Below, in pieces: positions 22,965 through 37,686 of a stretch of DNA of 64,000 nt. The notes beneath the pieces are model-generated. The model ran no database searches, was not told the origin of the DNA, and saw nothing but the letters and a program-made list of their open reading frames with translations. A program made the translations under genes and the position numbers. The stretch's first letter is position 1, and every line of letters starts with the position of its first letter. This stretch comes from the human T2T-CHM13v2.0 reference genome, Homo sapiens: assembly GCF_009914755.1 (NCBI RefSeq), contig NC_060943.1. One strand, 5' to 3'.

Positions 22965-25420
22965 CTCTGTATTCTGGGTTCTCTATTCTGTTCCATTGGT
23001 CTTTGTGTCTTTTTAAAATTCCAGTAGCATACCGTTTTGTTAACTATAACCTTATAGTAAAGCTTGAAATCAAGAAGTGTGCTGCCTTCTGCTTTCTTCT
23101 CTTCCTCAAGTTTGCCCTATTTGGAGTCTTTTGTGACTTCATACAAAGATTGTTTTTCTATATTTGTGAAAAATTCCATTGGAATTTTGGTAAAGATTAG
23201 ATTCAATCTGTAGATCACTTTGGGTGGTATAGACATTTTAACACTAACAAGTTTTCAAATTTGTAAACATAAGATACACACCATTTATTTATGTTTTTCT
23301 TAAGATTTTTATCTCTGTTTTATAGTTTTCAATGTACAAATCTTTCACCTCCTCGGATAAATTTATTCATATGTATTCTTTCTGATGCTATTGTCTTTGG
23401 ATTGTTTTCTTAATTTATTTTGGATAGTTTGTTATTTGTGTATAGAAAAACAAGTTATGTTTGTTAATCACGTTTACATTAATGTTTTATGTGATTATTC
23501 TGTAAGTTTATTGAACTTATTTATTAGTCTTAATAGTTTTTGGTGGAGTTGTAACATTTTTCTATGTTTATTATTATGACATCTGCAAACAGAGAAAATT
23601 TTACTTCTTCCTTTCCAGTTTTTTGCTATTTAATTCTTTTTATTGCCTAATTGCTCTGGTCAGGAATTGACATACTAAGTTAAATAGAATGGTTGAGAGT
23701 GTGCATTCTTGACCAGTTCCAGCTCTTCACGGAAATTCTTTCACCTTATTCCCATTCAGTATGATGTTGGCTATGGTTTGTTGTATGTGTCTTTTATTAT
23801 TTGGAGATATATTTCTTCTATGCTAATTTGTTAAGATTATTTTTAATCATGAAGGGGTATTAGATTTTATCAAATACTTTTTCTGCAGCTATTGGGATAA
23901 TCATATGATTTTGTTTTTAATTTTGTTTATGTGGTGAATCACATTTATTGATTTGGATATGGTAAGCCATCTTGAATCCCTGAGATAAAACCCACTTGAT
24001 TATAATATATTATATTTTTGATGTGCTGTTGAATTTGGTTTGCTAATTTTGTTGAGGATCTTTGGATTTTTGTTCATCAAAGATACTGGTCTGTAGTTTT
24101 TGTTGTTGTGTTCTTGCCTGATGTTGATATTACAGCAATACTGGTTGCATAGAATGAGTTGAGGAAGAATCTCTCTTCCTCAATTTTCTGGAATAGTTTC
24201 TGCAAAATAGTTTCAGCTCTTCTCTGTATATCTGGAAAAATTTATGAATCTGCCTGGTTTTGTTTTTTGTTGTTGGGAGATTTTTTTTCTACTGATTAAA
24301 TTTCATTAAATGTTATTGGTCTGTTTAGGATTTGTTTCTTCCTGGTTTATTTTTGAGGTTGTATGCTTCCAGAATTTATTCACTTCCTTTAGGTTTTCTA
24401 GTTTGTGTGCTTAGAGATGCTCACAGTAGTCTTTACTGATCTTGTGTATTTCTGTGGTATCAGGTGTATTGTCACCTTTATCTTTCCTGGTTGTGTTTAT
24501 TTGAATTTTCTCTTTCTTGTTTAGTGTAGCTAGCAATCTGTCAATTTTGTTTATCTTTTCAAGAAACAAACTTGTCATTTTGTTGATCCTTTTATCTTTT
24601 TTTGTTCTCAATCCCATTGGTTTTGCTCTGATCTTTGTTCTTTCTTTTCATCCACTAGGTTTAGGCTTTGTTTGTTTTTGTTTTTTAAACTCGTTGCAGT
24701 GCAACATTATGTTGTTAATTTGAGATATTCTGTTGTCAGTGTTGTCAGAAGGGCGTTAGTCTCTTATTGTATTACTGTCTATCTCTTTTCTATCAGCATT
24801 TGTTTAATAAATATGAATGTTTCAGTGTTGGGTTCATATTTAGATAGTTATATCTTATTGTTGAATTGAGCCCTTTATCATTATATAATAATCTCCTTTG
24901 TCTTTTTTTACTGCTGTTGGTTTAAAGTCTGTTTTATGTCACATAAGTATGGCTATTTCTGCTCATTTTGGTTTTCCATTTGTATGATATATCTTTTCCC
25001 ATCAGTTTTCTTTGAGGCTTGGTTGTCTTTACCTCTAACATGCATCTCTTGTATGCAGCAAATGTTTGAATCTTACTTTTTCTATACAATTTGCCACTCT
25101 GTATATTTTAATTGGAACATTTAGGCCATTTACATTAAAAGGTAATATTGATATGTGAGATTCTGTTGTTGTTGTAATGTTACCTGGTTGTTTTGTAGCA
25201 ACAGTTGTAGAATTGCTTTATAGGATCTGTGAACTTTTTACTTACGTGTGCTTTTATGATGGCAAATTTTGCTCTTTCATATTTATCTTTAGAACTCTTT
25301 TTAGTATTTCTTGTAAGTCCAGTCTAATGGTGACAAATTCCCTTAGCATTTGCTTTTCTTAGCATTTCTCCTTCATTTATGAAGCTTAGTTTAGCAAAAT
25401 GCAAAGGTTTTGGCTGGTAG
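22965..25420 (-). mobile_element. Old L1 ORF2/ORF1 fragment(s), antisense
   Basis: tctattctgttccattggtc; catctgcaaacagag; cccattcagtatgatgttggct; ggtgacaaattcccttagcatttgct. Confidence 0.88.
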
Positions 25421-25563
25421 CAGTTGTCATGCCATCAGCACATCACCCATCCCATGTGAAGGAAAATAAGACATGTTGCATAACATGGCAATGTGGAAGT
25501 TAGTCATCATCTCAATGCAAGTAGGTATGAGTAACTAAGGCGCCTTGCACTTGTTCCTACCAG

Positions 25564-25859
25564 ATTTTTTTTTATACTTTAAGTTCTAGGGTACCATCTC
25601 ACACCAGTTAGAATGTCGATCATTAAAAAGTCAGGAAACAACAGGTGCTGGAGAGGATGTGGAGAAATAGGAACACTTTTACGCTGTTGGTGGGACTGTA
25701 AACTAGTTCAACCATTGTGGAAGACAGTGTGGGGATTCCTCAAGGATCTAGAACTAGAAATACTATTTGACCTAGCCATCCCATTACTGGGTATATACCC
25801 AAAGGATTATAAATCATGCTCCTATAAAGACACATGCACACATATGTTTATTGCAAGCA
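25564..25859 (-). mobile_element. Short twin-primed (inverted) L1PA insertion
   Basis: Antisense poly-T plus tatactttaagttctagggtac (3' end), then sense-oriented ORF2 3' sequence at 25595-25859; TSD cctaccag at 25556 and 25860. Confidence 0.88.
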
Positions 25860-26104
25860 CCTACCAGCAGATTTAATGTCATTGCAATGGAAGGTGCTGG
25901 CTCTCACCTGAATTGTCTGCTTCTACACTTGATGGTAGTCTGCTGAGAAGCCTGTTTCTTGCCAAGTGCTCTGTGGCTCTAAGAGCTGGAGATTCTTTGG
26001 TTTCAAACTTTCCTAAGTCCAGTGCTTCTGGTTGAGGGTGGCTGCTTTCAGTAGCGTGTAGGAACTACATTGCATAGACAATCACCATTGTTTGTCCAAT
26101 CACC

Positions 26105-26810
26105 ATTTAGCCATCCAGTCAGCCTCCAGCCACTTATCTAACAAATACTAACTGAATATGGAATATGGAACTCTTTCTAAGACCTCAAAAAACTGCTGTT
26201 GACAAGGAAAGACAAAATCTCTATTTTTGCATAGCTGACTTTCAATTATTTAGAGCCACTATGGTTACATTTTTGAATGTCACAAAACAATTTATCAGAG
26301 TTACCCAGGTTAAAAACTAATTGAGGTGGAGAAGAACTCTTTGAGGAGGTGGCATTTTAGCTGGGACAGAAGGTTGAGAATTCAGCTATGAGGAAAGTAT
26401 GAGAGAGTATATTCCAGGTGACAGGGACCACAAGAACAAAGCCATAGGGTCAGAAGGAGCTTGATGTCTTTGAAAAACAAAATAAAGGCCATCGTGGCTG
26501 GGTTTTAGTCACATGAAATGAGGTAGAGGAGGAGATTGGGAACAAGTCTTTTAGGGCCAAACAGGCCTTGGTAAGGAATTTGGATTTTAGTCTCATTTGA
26601 ATGAGAAGTCATCAGAGGATTTTACGCAGGAAAGTGACTTAACGGAATGTGTATTTTAAAAAGATGATTCTGGATGCACTGTGGAGAATGGAAGACAGGA
26701 GGATGTGGATGAAAACTGAGGATGGTTTTAGTCTTTCAGGGCGAGGCAACAGTGGACTAAACGCTTGTAGTGGTGATAGAGATGGAGAGAGGTGGAATAA
26801 TTTGAGACAC
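26105..26810 (-). mobile_element. L2 3' region
   Basis: gaggaggtggcattttagctg..tattccagg..ggtaaggaatttggatttta..aaagatgattctggatgcactgtggagaatgg. Confidence 0.8.
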
Positions 26811-27627
26811 ACTACACTGTTTTTTTTTTCTTTTTTTTTTCTATTATTTTTGCCCAAATCTGCCATTGCTGCAACTTTGGGATGGAAGTCTCTCAGTGTA
26901 GTTCTTCCTTCAGTAAATCCCCCACTAATATTTCCCAGGGCCACTCTGGAAGAAGGTTTTGGTCAGCCATGCTTTTGGTAACCAGACAGCATGCTTGGCA
27001 CTACAGCTTAGCCAGGGGTCTCTTTCTTATTACCTAAAACTATCCTTATTCTTTAGAAACTGCCACATCAGGAGAGCCACCTAAAGCCTTTCCCCAACTC
27101 TAATCAGACCCTGGCCATCTCCATCTCCTGGTTCTATTTTTGCTGCTTGGCCAAATTCTTGGGGAGTCCACCAAGATTGAAGCCACCAAGCCTTACTGGC
27201 TTCAATTCCTAAGACAAGACAATGTCCCGTTTCCCAGTTCTAGAAAAATGTGTGGGATTGGTCCATAGTAGACTGACCTATTTAATATGCATGGTCCTGA
27301 AGCAGCCTCGAGGGTCATGGGATGGCAAAGTTGTCATCTTGAGTCAGCTGTCAACTGCTCAAGCTGGTGTGTACAGGAAGGAGCTGGGCACCAGACCCAC
27401 ATTGTCTGAGACCAACAGGAGGATGATTCATCAAGGCAAATCGAGGTGCTGGCACCAGCAGAAGGGAGAATAGATGGCTGGAAGACAAATACAACATCTC
27501 TGAAGTACCTTTCAAGCTGCGACTCCTAAGCTTTCTCTTCCAGGAACCATTCTGAATCTAGACTGGTTGGAGAGCCTGGTTTGGTCACACAGTTGACTTT
27601 CTTGTCAAGGGGAAATGCAGACAAATG

Positions 27628-28453
<826 letters not shown>

Positions 28454-31400
28454 AAGATGAGGAAGAGAACCTTAAGTGATGGGTCAGATTGTCTGACTGA
28501 CGATCTGAAGACCTGATATGAAGATATTTTTTCAACACATAATTGTAGGTGTCTACTCTGGACCAGGAGCTGAGCAAGGTGCGTGAGGCCCAAAGGTCAT
28601 TCACACCCACATGACCTTGGAAAGAGCCCGTGCTCGCCTCATGGACAGAGTACAGCACAGGCACAGACGGGTGCTCAGTGGAAGTTGTGAGTAAATAAAT
28701 GACAGCTTAGCACACGCATTGGTCTGGAAGAGACAGTGAAGTTAAGTGATGAATTGAAAAAGTGATTAATAGAAAGCGCTGCTCTCAGAGCCCTCGCAAA
28801 TGCTCTTCTCACAGCCATGCCTCTGATCAGTCACTGTAGGCTCTTCCTGCCTACAGAAATGAAGCTTGGTTGCTTCACCTGGGAACACACCCCAGACAGA
28901 GGTCCCTCGTCATTGCTGGCATCATTCCCCCTGCCTGGCATAGCCTCCTGGCCTGTGGAAATCCTACTCACTTCTCAAGACTCAGCTGCAGGAAGCTTTG
29001 TTCCCTGGACCAAGTTCCACTGCGTTGACTCCTGCCTGTGCGCTTCTGTGTTCCTGCTGACACCCCCTGTCACTCTCCCTGCCACCTGCATTACGGAGGA
29101 CCCAGTGCTCACCTGCCTCTCACCCAGGATCTCAAGCACTTGAGAGCAGAGGCTGGCCTCCTGCAGCCTTGTCCAAGACCCTCCCACCCAAGACACAGAC
29201 GATGCTCTCACCAGGTCCCCGCTGGGCTTGACTGCTTTATTTTACTCTTGGAAACAGCTTCTTAATGTGTTGGACATAAGTAGCCAAGACACCAAGGGAG
29301 GTCATGGTCTCTTGGCAGAAAGGCTTCCTTGTGCCATGGCTCTCTTAGGCATAGAAAGCTGTCTCATCAAACTCAGTGGCAAATCTTTTTGCAACTACCT
29401 GTTGCCAGCCTATTAATTCAGCAGCAACTCAATGGCCTGTAGGGTACTTGCTGGCTCTGTCTTGTTGCCACTCATGCTGAGGGCCCACCATGGGCACCAA
29501 CATGCCAGTTGTGGGCAAGACAGGACGGGAGACCAGAGCTGCCACTCTCCACAGACTCTGTTGGTCACTGTGTGGGATAGGGAGAGTGGAGAGGGAGGGT
29601 AAAGAGTGTGTATGGCTCTTCTTTCCCACTGCAATGCTAGTATCTCTGTAATTTCTGCAGAGTTATTAGTTGATGTGACATTGCTACTTTGTGTTTACTT
29701 TAAAATGCCCAAATTAGGGTCTGTTGATGCAGTCTTTCAAATGAGATTATGCTGGATATACGGTAGCAGCAAATACTCAGGCTCTAATTTGAAAAGGCAT
29801 CATTATGGGAAATATTAATGAGTGCTTGTTCTTAATCAGTATGGGCTGGGCTGAATGGCTCTGCAGAAAGCTTCCTGGATTTTAGAGTTAAGCTCCTGGT
29901 CTGTTGGGGAGAGAATAGGGCCAAGGAGAAGCTAAAGAAGAGTACAGCTATGCTTCAGTGATTCACTTCACTGTTATTTGATTCATTAAGGTTTTACTGG
30001 GGAAATGCTTATCATTGAGGCTTCTGGGAAAAAAAACATTCAGGTGATTGATGAAATTTCAAAAAGTAAAAGAAGAATAAGATGAAGACAATGACACCAG
30101 GTTTTGCATCCTTGCTTGCAGGAGGTCTAAGGTTTCAACTCACACACTGGATCTTACTGATTGAAAGCAGCAAATATGCCATGATTGACTAATGATGTCT
30201 GCCATGGGTGTGGAATAGACAAATGAAGACAAAAATTCAAATACCTCACTGAGCAGCAGAGTCTTAATCCATCAGGAAAGCCTATGAAAAAAGAAAAACA
30301 GTCTTCATTTACACATTTTTTCTCTGTAACAAAATATGTTTTATGTTGAAGAGCGGTACGTAATTTCTACTGGGGTTGATCAGATGAAAAGAGAGAGAAA
30401 TCTGAAGCTGGTGGTAGCCGTCTTGCACCAAGAGAAGAGAAGCTATCTGAAAATGAAGACCAAGCTATTCTTTTAGGCAAGGAAAGCTACCCTATAGCTT
30501 TGGTTACATGAGCCCATTTTTCCCTGTTTACTTATGCCAATATGAACTGGGTTTATGTTATTTGCTACCCAAAGCACCCTAATAGATTTATTAAAAGAGC
30601 CAAGATCACTTAATTTCTTTTGGCTTTGAGTGGTCTTACCTGTCAGTGGAAAATAATAAACTTATCTGTATTTGTTTAATAGGATTGCAGTAGAAACCAG
30701 CCGAGACAAAAGATGCCGGAGTTCTTGGAAAAATGTATGTGAAATTTCAAAAATTAAATTCTAGGGGGATGTGTGTGTGTGTGTATGGTTTGTGTGTATT
30801 ATAATGAAGAGGACAAGGTGATGTGTATTTCAGATAATGAGGTAGATAATCCACTACATTCTGTTTTTGATTCTGGAAACACTGATCCATAAAAACATGC
30901 TATTCTCTATGTTATTCCTGCCACATCCACCAAAGCCAGCAAATTCTTTCCTTTGTAGAATCTGCTTTTCAAATGAGGTTTCCTATATGATTGAACACTT
31001 TGATTATATATGTATTTTTGATTACCTATTTTCTTACAGCATCCTGAAACTTTATCTGCACTTAGTAATTTATTCATGTTGCCTGCAATGCCCCCCTATG
31101 TAGCACTTTGAGATGATTCTCTGTGGACCTGGCCTTCCCATTGATTTTGAGTCTCTTATCGAGGACCTAGGTAGCTCTCTGTGACTCCAGAATATTCTAA
31201 GAGAGCTGCTGGAACAGCAGTGCTGGAAGTCTTTGTCTGCACTCTTCAGGGTTACAAATGCCAGGTTTTTCTCACCATCCCTGCTGTGGTCCAGCATTCA
31301 GCTCCTGTGAGGTGTTTGTCTTCCACGGTTCAGGAATCCTTCAAAGCCACTCACACAACCGAGATTGTGTCCCATGGGCAGGGAGGAGCATCCTCTGTTT

Positions 31401-32589
31401 CTGTCCCAACACTCAAGGTCTTTTCTGGTTTGAGACTCAAAGATCAAGTCTACAGGTTCCAAATACAAAAGGACATCTAATCACTCAGGAAGCCAACAAC
31501 CATGGTGATTTTTTTTCTGGTTTTCACTTGAATCTTATTTTTGAGATACGGATCCTCTGAAAGATCTTGAAAGATCTTCCAAGAAGACAATCCACATATC
31601 TATTAAAGTCAATCCCTTCTTCTGTCATCCAAATAGAAGATGGTATACCCCTTCCCAGCTGCATGGAAATTCCAGTATCTCCAAGGACTCCAGGAGGAAT
31701 TTCAGTTCTCATAGTTACTGCTGGCTCTTTTGGCCTATATCATTTTCTTTTGCATCATGCTTTTGTTAGTAGTTTCATTTTTCCACACCAAATTGCCTTG
31801 CTTAACATCAGCCTGATTCTTTTGGGTAGTGGTAGCTGCCCAGAACATGACTGCCTCACAGCTGTGCATGGTAGACTTCCCTGGAAGTTCAGAATAATCC
31901 AAGTGTGACGTTTGGCATTTCTGCCCTTAAAGTTTTCCCGGCCATCTCTTCTCTCTCCCTCCCCCCAAATCCACCTTCTTTTATTTTTAAAATTTTGTTC
32001 ACATAGTAGCCTCGCTAATCACATTCTGTGCTCAAAGTGCTTTGCCTTCATCCTTCATATGCTTCTCAGGTGGTGCTTCTAAATCAAAAAGGGTTCTCTA
32101 GAATTCTCTCCCCAAGGGGCATTGTATATCAGCTTTATCAACTCTTGGAATAAATTATTTCATTTTCACCATTATTCTTAGCATGAATTTGCAAAAATTT
32201 AATGTATAACAAATGAGAAAGCATCAGGGAAATGTCCTGACCCATATTATGTCTGGCAAATGTTAGCTACTATTACTGGCATTATCATTATACAGAGTAG
32301 ATGTTTTGTATACATTGAATCATTGAATAAGCAAATGACTGAATGAATGAATGAACTGACCATGGTCCTGGGGGTAACCTAAAGTCTAGGAGTGTTTTAG
32401 GTAGATCACCATAGCCTCTCTCATTTCTCCTTAGTTGCTCTGGCTTTTTTCACTGAGGTTGCAAAGAGACATAGGGGACACATGTTTCATTAGTATCATT
32501 TTGAAGATGAGAATCAAGGCCTAGAAATACTACTTTTACAAAGGCACGTAGCTGGTAAGATTCTAGGCAAGCTGAGAAATGCACACAAT

Positions 32590-32795
32590 GTGGGCTTTGG
32601 CGTAAACTTGCCTGGGTTCAAATGCCAAGTGTACCACTTAATCACTTCCGGCCTGCAGCAAATTCTCAGACTCCCCTTAGCCTCAACAACCTTGCTGGCA
32701 AAGTGATGGTTATAACAGTACTTACCTCTTAGAGGTGCTGGACAATTAAACAAGAGTGTCCATGTGCAGTACATGGCATGCCCTCTGCCCAGATA
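32590..32795 (+). mobile_element. MIR
   Basis: gcctgggttcaaatgcc..ataacagtacttacctc. Confidence 0.65.
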
Positions 32796-33022
32796 CCAAG
32801 CACACCAAGATGGGGCCAGCTCCTAGTCAAGGACTTTTTTCCCACATTTTCCCTTCACTTCCCTTCACCTGTTACTACAAAGAGTGGATCCATCCTGTAT
32901 CATCACAGGGAATGTTCCCCCTCTCTTTAGGGACTAGCCCAGATGTTCTATACATCTTGGGTCTGTCTGACATTGCCATCACTTACAATTATCCTGCAAA
33001 TCCAGCTTTCAAGCTCTGGCAG

Positions 33023-33385
33023 TGTTATGGGATATCCCCCCAAAATTCATACGTTGAAATCCTAGCCCTCAGGACCTCAGAATGTGACTGTATTGGGAGA
33101 CAGGGTCTTTAAAGAGGTAAACTGAAATGAGGTTACTAGGATGGACCCTAATCCATTATGACTGCTGTCTTTACAGGAAGAGAAGATTTGGACATGACAC
33201 ATACAGGGGGAAGCCCACAGGGAGAAGATGGCTGTCTGCAATTCAGAAGAGCAGCCTCAGAAGAAACCAACCTGCCAACATCTTTATCTGCGACTTGCAG
33301 CCTCCAAAACTGTGAGAAAATTAATTTGTTGTTTAAGCATCCAGAATGTGAGACTTTGTTACAGCAGCCCTAGCAAATTAATACA
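33023..33385 (+). mobile_element. MLT1B-like MaLR LTR
   Basis: tgttatggg..aaaattcatacgttgaaatcctagcc..cagcctccaaaactgtgagaaaa..ttaataca. Confidence 0.88.
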
Positions 33386-33814
33386 AGCAGCAAACAACCA
33401 GATGTCCCGCTTGAAAACCTCATCCAAGAAATAGAAAAATAAATGTTGTGGGAATGATGTTTGATGGCGGGGTTTTATTCTGCAGTTGCCTACAGGAATG
33501 ACAACAGAAAACTGTAAGACGGTGTATTTCAAAATGAGCTCTGCAGAAAACCAGTATGAAAGGCTCTGAAAAAATAGAAATAATAAATTTTCAAGAACAC
33601 CGAGTTTGGGAAAATTTATATACTCTAATGCCCTCCTACCCACCTTTTAAAAACTGTAATGCTTATTTAGAGATTTGAGAAGTCCCAGAGAAAAGCCAGC
33701 ATTCTGTTATTACAAAGGGAGATGAGCAGTCTTTAGCCTCCACAGTCTTTAGCCTGCAGCTGAACTGGGGTTCAATGAAGCCCACGTTCTGACATCTTTA
33801 CTTGGCAGTCCCTC

Positions 33815-34498
33815 TGTGTCTGACATTGGTTCCTCCCAGTGGGTTATTGGTCTTGCTGACTTCAAGAATGAAGCTGCGGACCCTTGCAGTGAGTGTTACA
33901 GTTCTTAAAGATGGTGTGTCCGGAGTTCATTCCTTCAGATGTTCAGATGTATCTGGAGTTTCTTCCATCTGGTGGGTCTGTGGTCTCGCTGACTTCAGGA
34001 GTGAAGCTGCAGACGTTCGCAGTGAGTGTTACAGCTCTTAAACATGGCAGTCTGGAGTTGTTTGTTCCTCCCGGTGGGTTTGTGGTCTCACTGACTTCAG
34101 GAATGAAGCTGCATACCCTCGCGGTGAGTGTTATAGCTCATAAAGCTAGTGCAAACCCAAAGAGTGAGCAGCAGCAAGATTTATTGTGAAGACCAAAAGA
34201 ACAAAGCTTCCACAGCGTGGAAGGGGACCCCAGTGCGTTGCCTCTGCTGGCTTGGGTGCCCAGTGTTTATTCCCTTACTTGGCCCCACCCACCTCCTGCT
34301 GATTGGTCCATTTTACAGAGTGCTGATTGGTCCGTTTTACAGAGTGCTGATTGGTGTGTTTTTACAGATTGCTGATTGGTGTGTTTATAATCCTTTAGCT
34401 AGACACAGCACTGATTGGTGCATTTACAATCCTTTAGCTAGACACCAAAGTTCTTCAAGTCCCCACCCACCCAGAAGATCAGCTGGCTTTACCTCTCA
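33815..34498 (-). mobile_element. LTR12 (ERV9) solitary LTR
   Basis: U5 repeats (gctgacttcaggagtgaagctgcagac..gtgagtgttacagctc), tandem gctgattgg CCAAT repeats, 4-bp TSD cctc. Confidence 0.95.
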
Positions 34499-37226
34499 CC
34501 TCCAGTATGCAAAGAGCCAGCAGGGAAGAGATTGAGTTTAGATGAGAAAAGAAGCAGGTTGTGCTTGGGCAGCCAGCAGGGCCCTATAAATCTGCATGAA
34601 AATGCTGCTCAGAACAGAGAGGGCACATTTCAATAATTAGCACATACTTTAACACCAGCTCATGTCTGTCACAGACAGGAAATTGTAACTTCTGTGTACT
34701 GGGCCGTTGTTCAAAGCTGTTGTCAGGGTTAACGATGTACCTGCTTGATTATTGGTAGCTGGAAATTGAGGTTGTGCTCACATGTCCATAGGTCTTGCAT
34801 TCCTCAGAGCTCAGAGACTGCCGTGCTCACATGAGAAAGGGCACAGCATGTTAGTAGAGGGGAGCAAAGAGGGAGGCTGGGAGAGGAGGCTGAGGCCAGA
34901 TGCTGCAAAGACATGGATAAATCTCAGGAGGCTGGACTTGCTCTGGCAGGGAGTGGGGAGATGATGAAGGACACTGAGGTGTGAGGGTGGCCTTTGGTTT
35001 TAATCAAAATGAAGCCCATGCTGGCATCTAACTAAGATAATAGCACCAAGGGAAGGAATGGGAAGCCGGGGAGCTAGAAAGCAGGTATAGTAGGAGAAAG
35101 TTCTGACCCAAAGGCTTTGGGCAGATTTGAGGAATGTGAAGAAATTTGGGGATGAACAGGTTCTTTGTGGTTTGATGGGACAGACAGGAGGATGCATTGC
35201 CTGTCACTTGATCAGGGAGTCAAAGGGGAGCAGGGCTTGGACCAAGAGAGGTTCTGTATTAAATGTCAAGTGTTTATAAATCAGGGTGAGAGTCCCTCTT
35301 GCTGAATCTGCCTCTTTTATCTTGGCTGTTCCACAACATAGATTCCATTGTGCAAATGATCATATGGACATTGTGTGATATTCTAAGCCAAAAAGTGACT
35401 CTGGCAGTTCCAGCCCATGAGTATCTTTTGGCAGAGTTCTAGTGTGAGAAGGAGTTCCTGTGCAGCACTGTCTGTCTGACTCAGCTCTGCAGGAATGGCT
35501 GGAACCACAGAGCTCATGAGGGTACACTGTTCACAGGCAGGGCTCACACACGCTCTGCCCCCAGCTCCCACGCCTGAGCAGGTCACACCAACTTTGAGGC
35601 ACTACCCTGACCCTAACATGTTTTAAAATGTGAATCATGCTTCAAGTGACTCTTTTGAGATTGGCAGGGATGGAAAGAGTCCAAGTTTTAAACTTAGTTT
35701 AAGTTTTAATTGTAGAGATGACAATTGACACAGATATGTCAGAAAAACATGTTGGAATGTCTCGACTGGCAGTGGTAATTCTGTGAGCTCAGTTCACATT
35801 GCTCTGGCCTCTGACTTGTAACATTTAGGAACCTGTGAAACAAAGAAATCTATGCACATGAAAAATCCAGGCACTAAGAACTCAGCCTTGATTAGCCATT
35901 AAGTGTGCTCTCCGTAGAAGGGGAAAATAACATTGCAAGGAATATGTTTAATCTTTGTAACCAAATCCATGGTTTTTAACATGGAATATGGAAATTGGTG
36001 CCACTAATTATAGTCATTTTTATCAGTTCATTGAAGTTGGCTCAGCAGGCTCTGTTTCTCCCACTCTTCTCTGGCACCACATTTAATTGTTCTGTGTAGT
36101 GTAAGGTCTGTAGAATGAAACAGCACTCCTTTTCAAATAGTGTCTAATGTGAGCCTCAGTGATCCAGACCAGACTCTGCAATGCCCAGCAGCCTGGGTGA
36201 GAAGTTTGAAGAGTTTGTGAGAACAACGATGTCTTGAATGGGCCATGAGGAACACTGCAACTCTGCTTTTAGATGGATTTCCACTTTTCTCTTCTGCAAG
36301 CGTTTTGGAGAGGTAGCATGATGCACTTCTCTGAACAAAATATTTTCATAAGTTATGTTAATGGAGAAATTTCTTTTGGGGCTTAAGTTTCTACTTACCT
36401 TTGTAACATATTTTTTTCAAAAAACAACAAGAAAAAAACCTCATTATCTTCCTCTCCCACAATCATAGCAGTAGAAAGGAGATAAGGCAAGTCCCACGTG
36501 GACCGGTGGCTGGGTGTGCTGCCAGGATAGATAAGGCGCCCCTTTTACAAACAGTCTTTAACATGCAGTCACACCCGCAATCTCGGTGCTGGGTAATAAG
36601 AATAATTGTGTTCATTACACAGTTGAATACAGGAACCTATTTCTGAAATGATTATTCTTGTCTAGAATTACACAGAATTCCACCGAGTGGCATATTCAAG
36701 AGAATTTTTATTAGGGGAATTCCAAGGAGCTGCTTAGTGGCAGAAAGAATTTATATTTAATTTGATTTCTCAGAACCAGGGTATTGTGGAGAAAGGCATC
36801 AGATAACCACGGAGTGCTGGTTAAGGGAGGGAAGCCTCACTAAGCAGGGTTCACGCGTTCAAGCCCCGCAGCCAACAAGCAATCGTTGAGACTGTCATTC
36901 GGGAGTGGGCACCAAGATGCCTCGGGATCCCAGTGAATTCATACTTCCTGCCTCTTATATCCTTGCATTTGGTTACAGAGGTGGCACATGCTTTATTACT
37001 GAGCCTGGTTGAAAATCACCTCTGGTCAGACCTTCACAGCTCACCTACGTGGGCCCAGGACTTGTGTGTAGAGAGGAATGAAGGGTTTTGTAAAAGTTTT
37101 TACCAGTGTGGAGAATTCTCCTTTTCTCATTTTGCTCTTGCATAAACAAAGATCTTTAAAACAGTTTATATCAGTAGAAAGTTCTATGAGACTACTGTGA
37201 GCACCTTTGCAGAAAAACAACTTAGC

Positions 37227-37686
37227 AGTAAATTCTGATGCTTGTCTGTAGTGTGTTAATGGTGGTCCCTGAAACGACATGTCCACGTCCTAGTCTGTGG
37301 GTGTGATCTTATTTGGAAAAAAAAGTCTTTGCAGATGTAACTGAGTTAAGGGTCTCAGGAGAAGCAGATAATCTTGGATTAACTTATGGGCCCTAAATCC
37401 AGTGATAAGAGACTCACAGAGAAGAGACACAGAGAGAAGAGGTGAGGGCCATTGAAGGTGGAGGCAGAGACTAGAAAGAGGCTGCCCCAAGCCAAGGAGC
37501 ACCTGGAGCCACCAGAATCTGAAAGAAGAAGGAAGAGTTATTTTCCAGAGCCTTGGGAGGGAGCATGGCCCTGCCAACATCTTAATTTCAGCTTCTGGTG
37601 TCCAGAGCTGTGACAGAATGCATTTCTGTTATTGAAGCCACCAAGTGTGTAAGAATCTGTTACTGCAGCCTCAGGACACTATCGCA
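37227..37686 (+). mobile_element. MLT1C-like MaLR LTR
   Basis: tttgcagatgtaa..gggccctaaatcca..ccaagccaagga..gcatggccctgccaacatctt..ccagagctgtga. Confidence 0.88.

Noticed and set aside
25613-25876. 87-aa Cys-rich ORF
   Set aside because: C-terminal CCHC region of L1 ORF2 within the truncated insertion.
33802-34535. Overlapping ORFs with repeated peptide motifs
   Set aside because: Translations of LTR12 internal tandem repeats.
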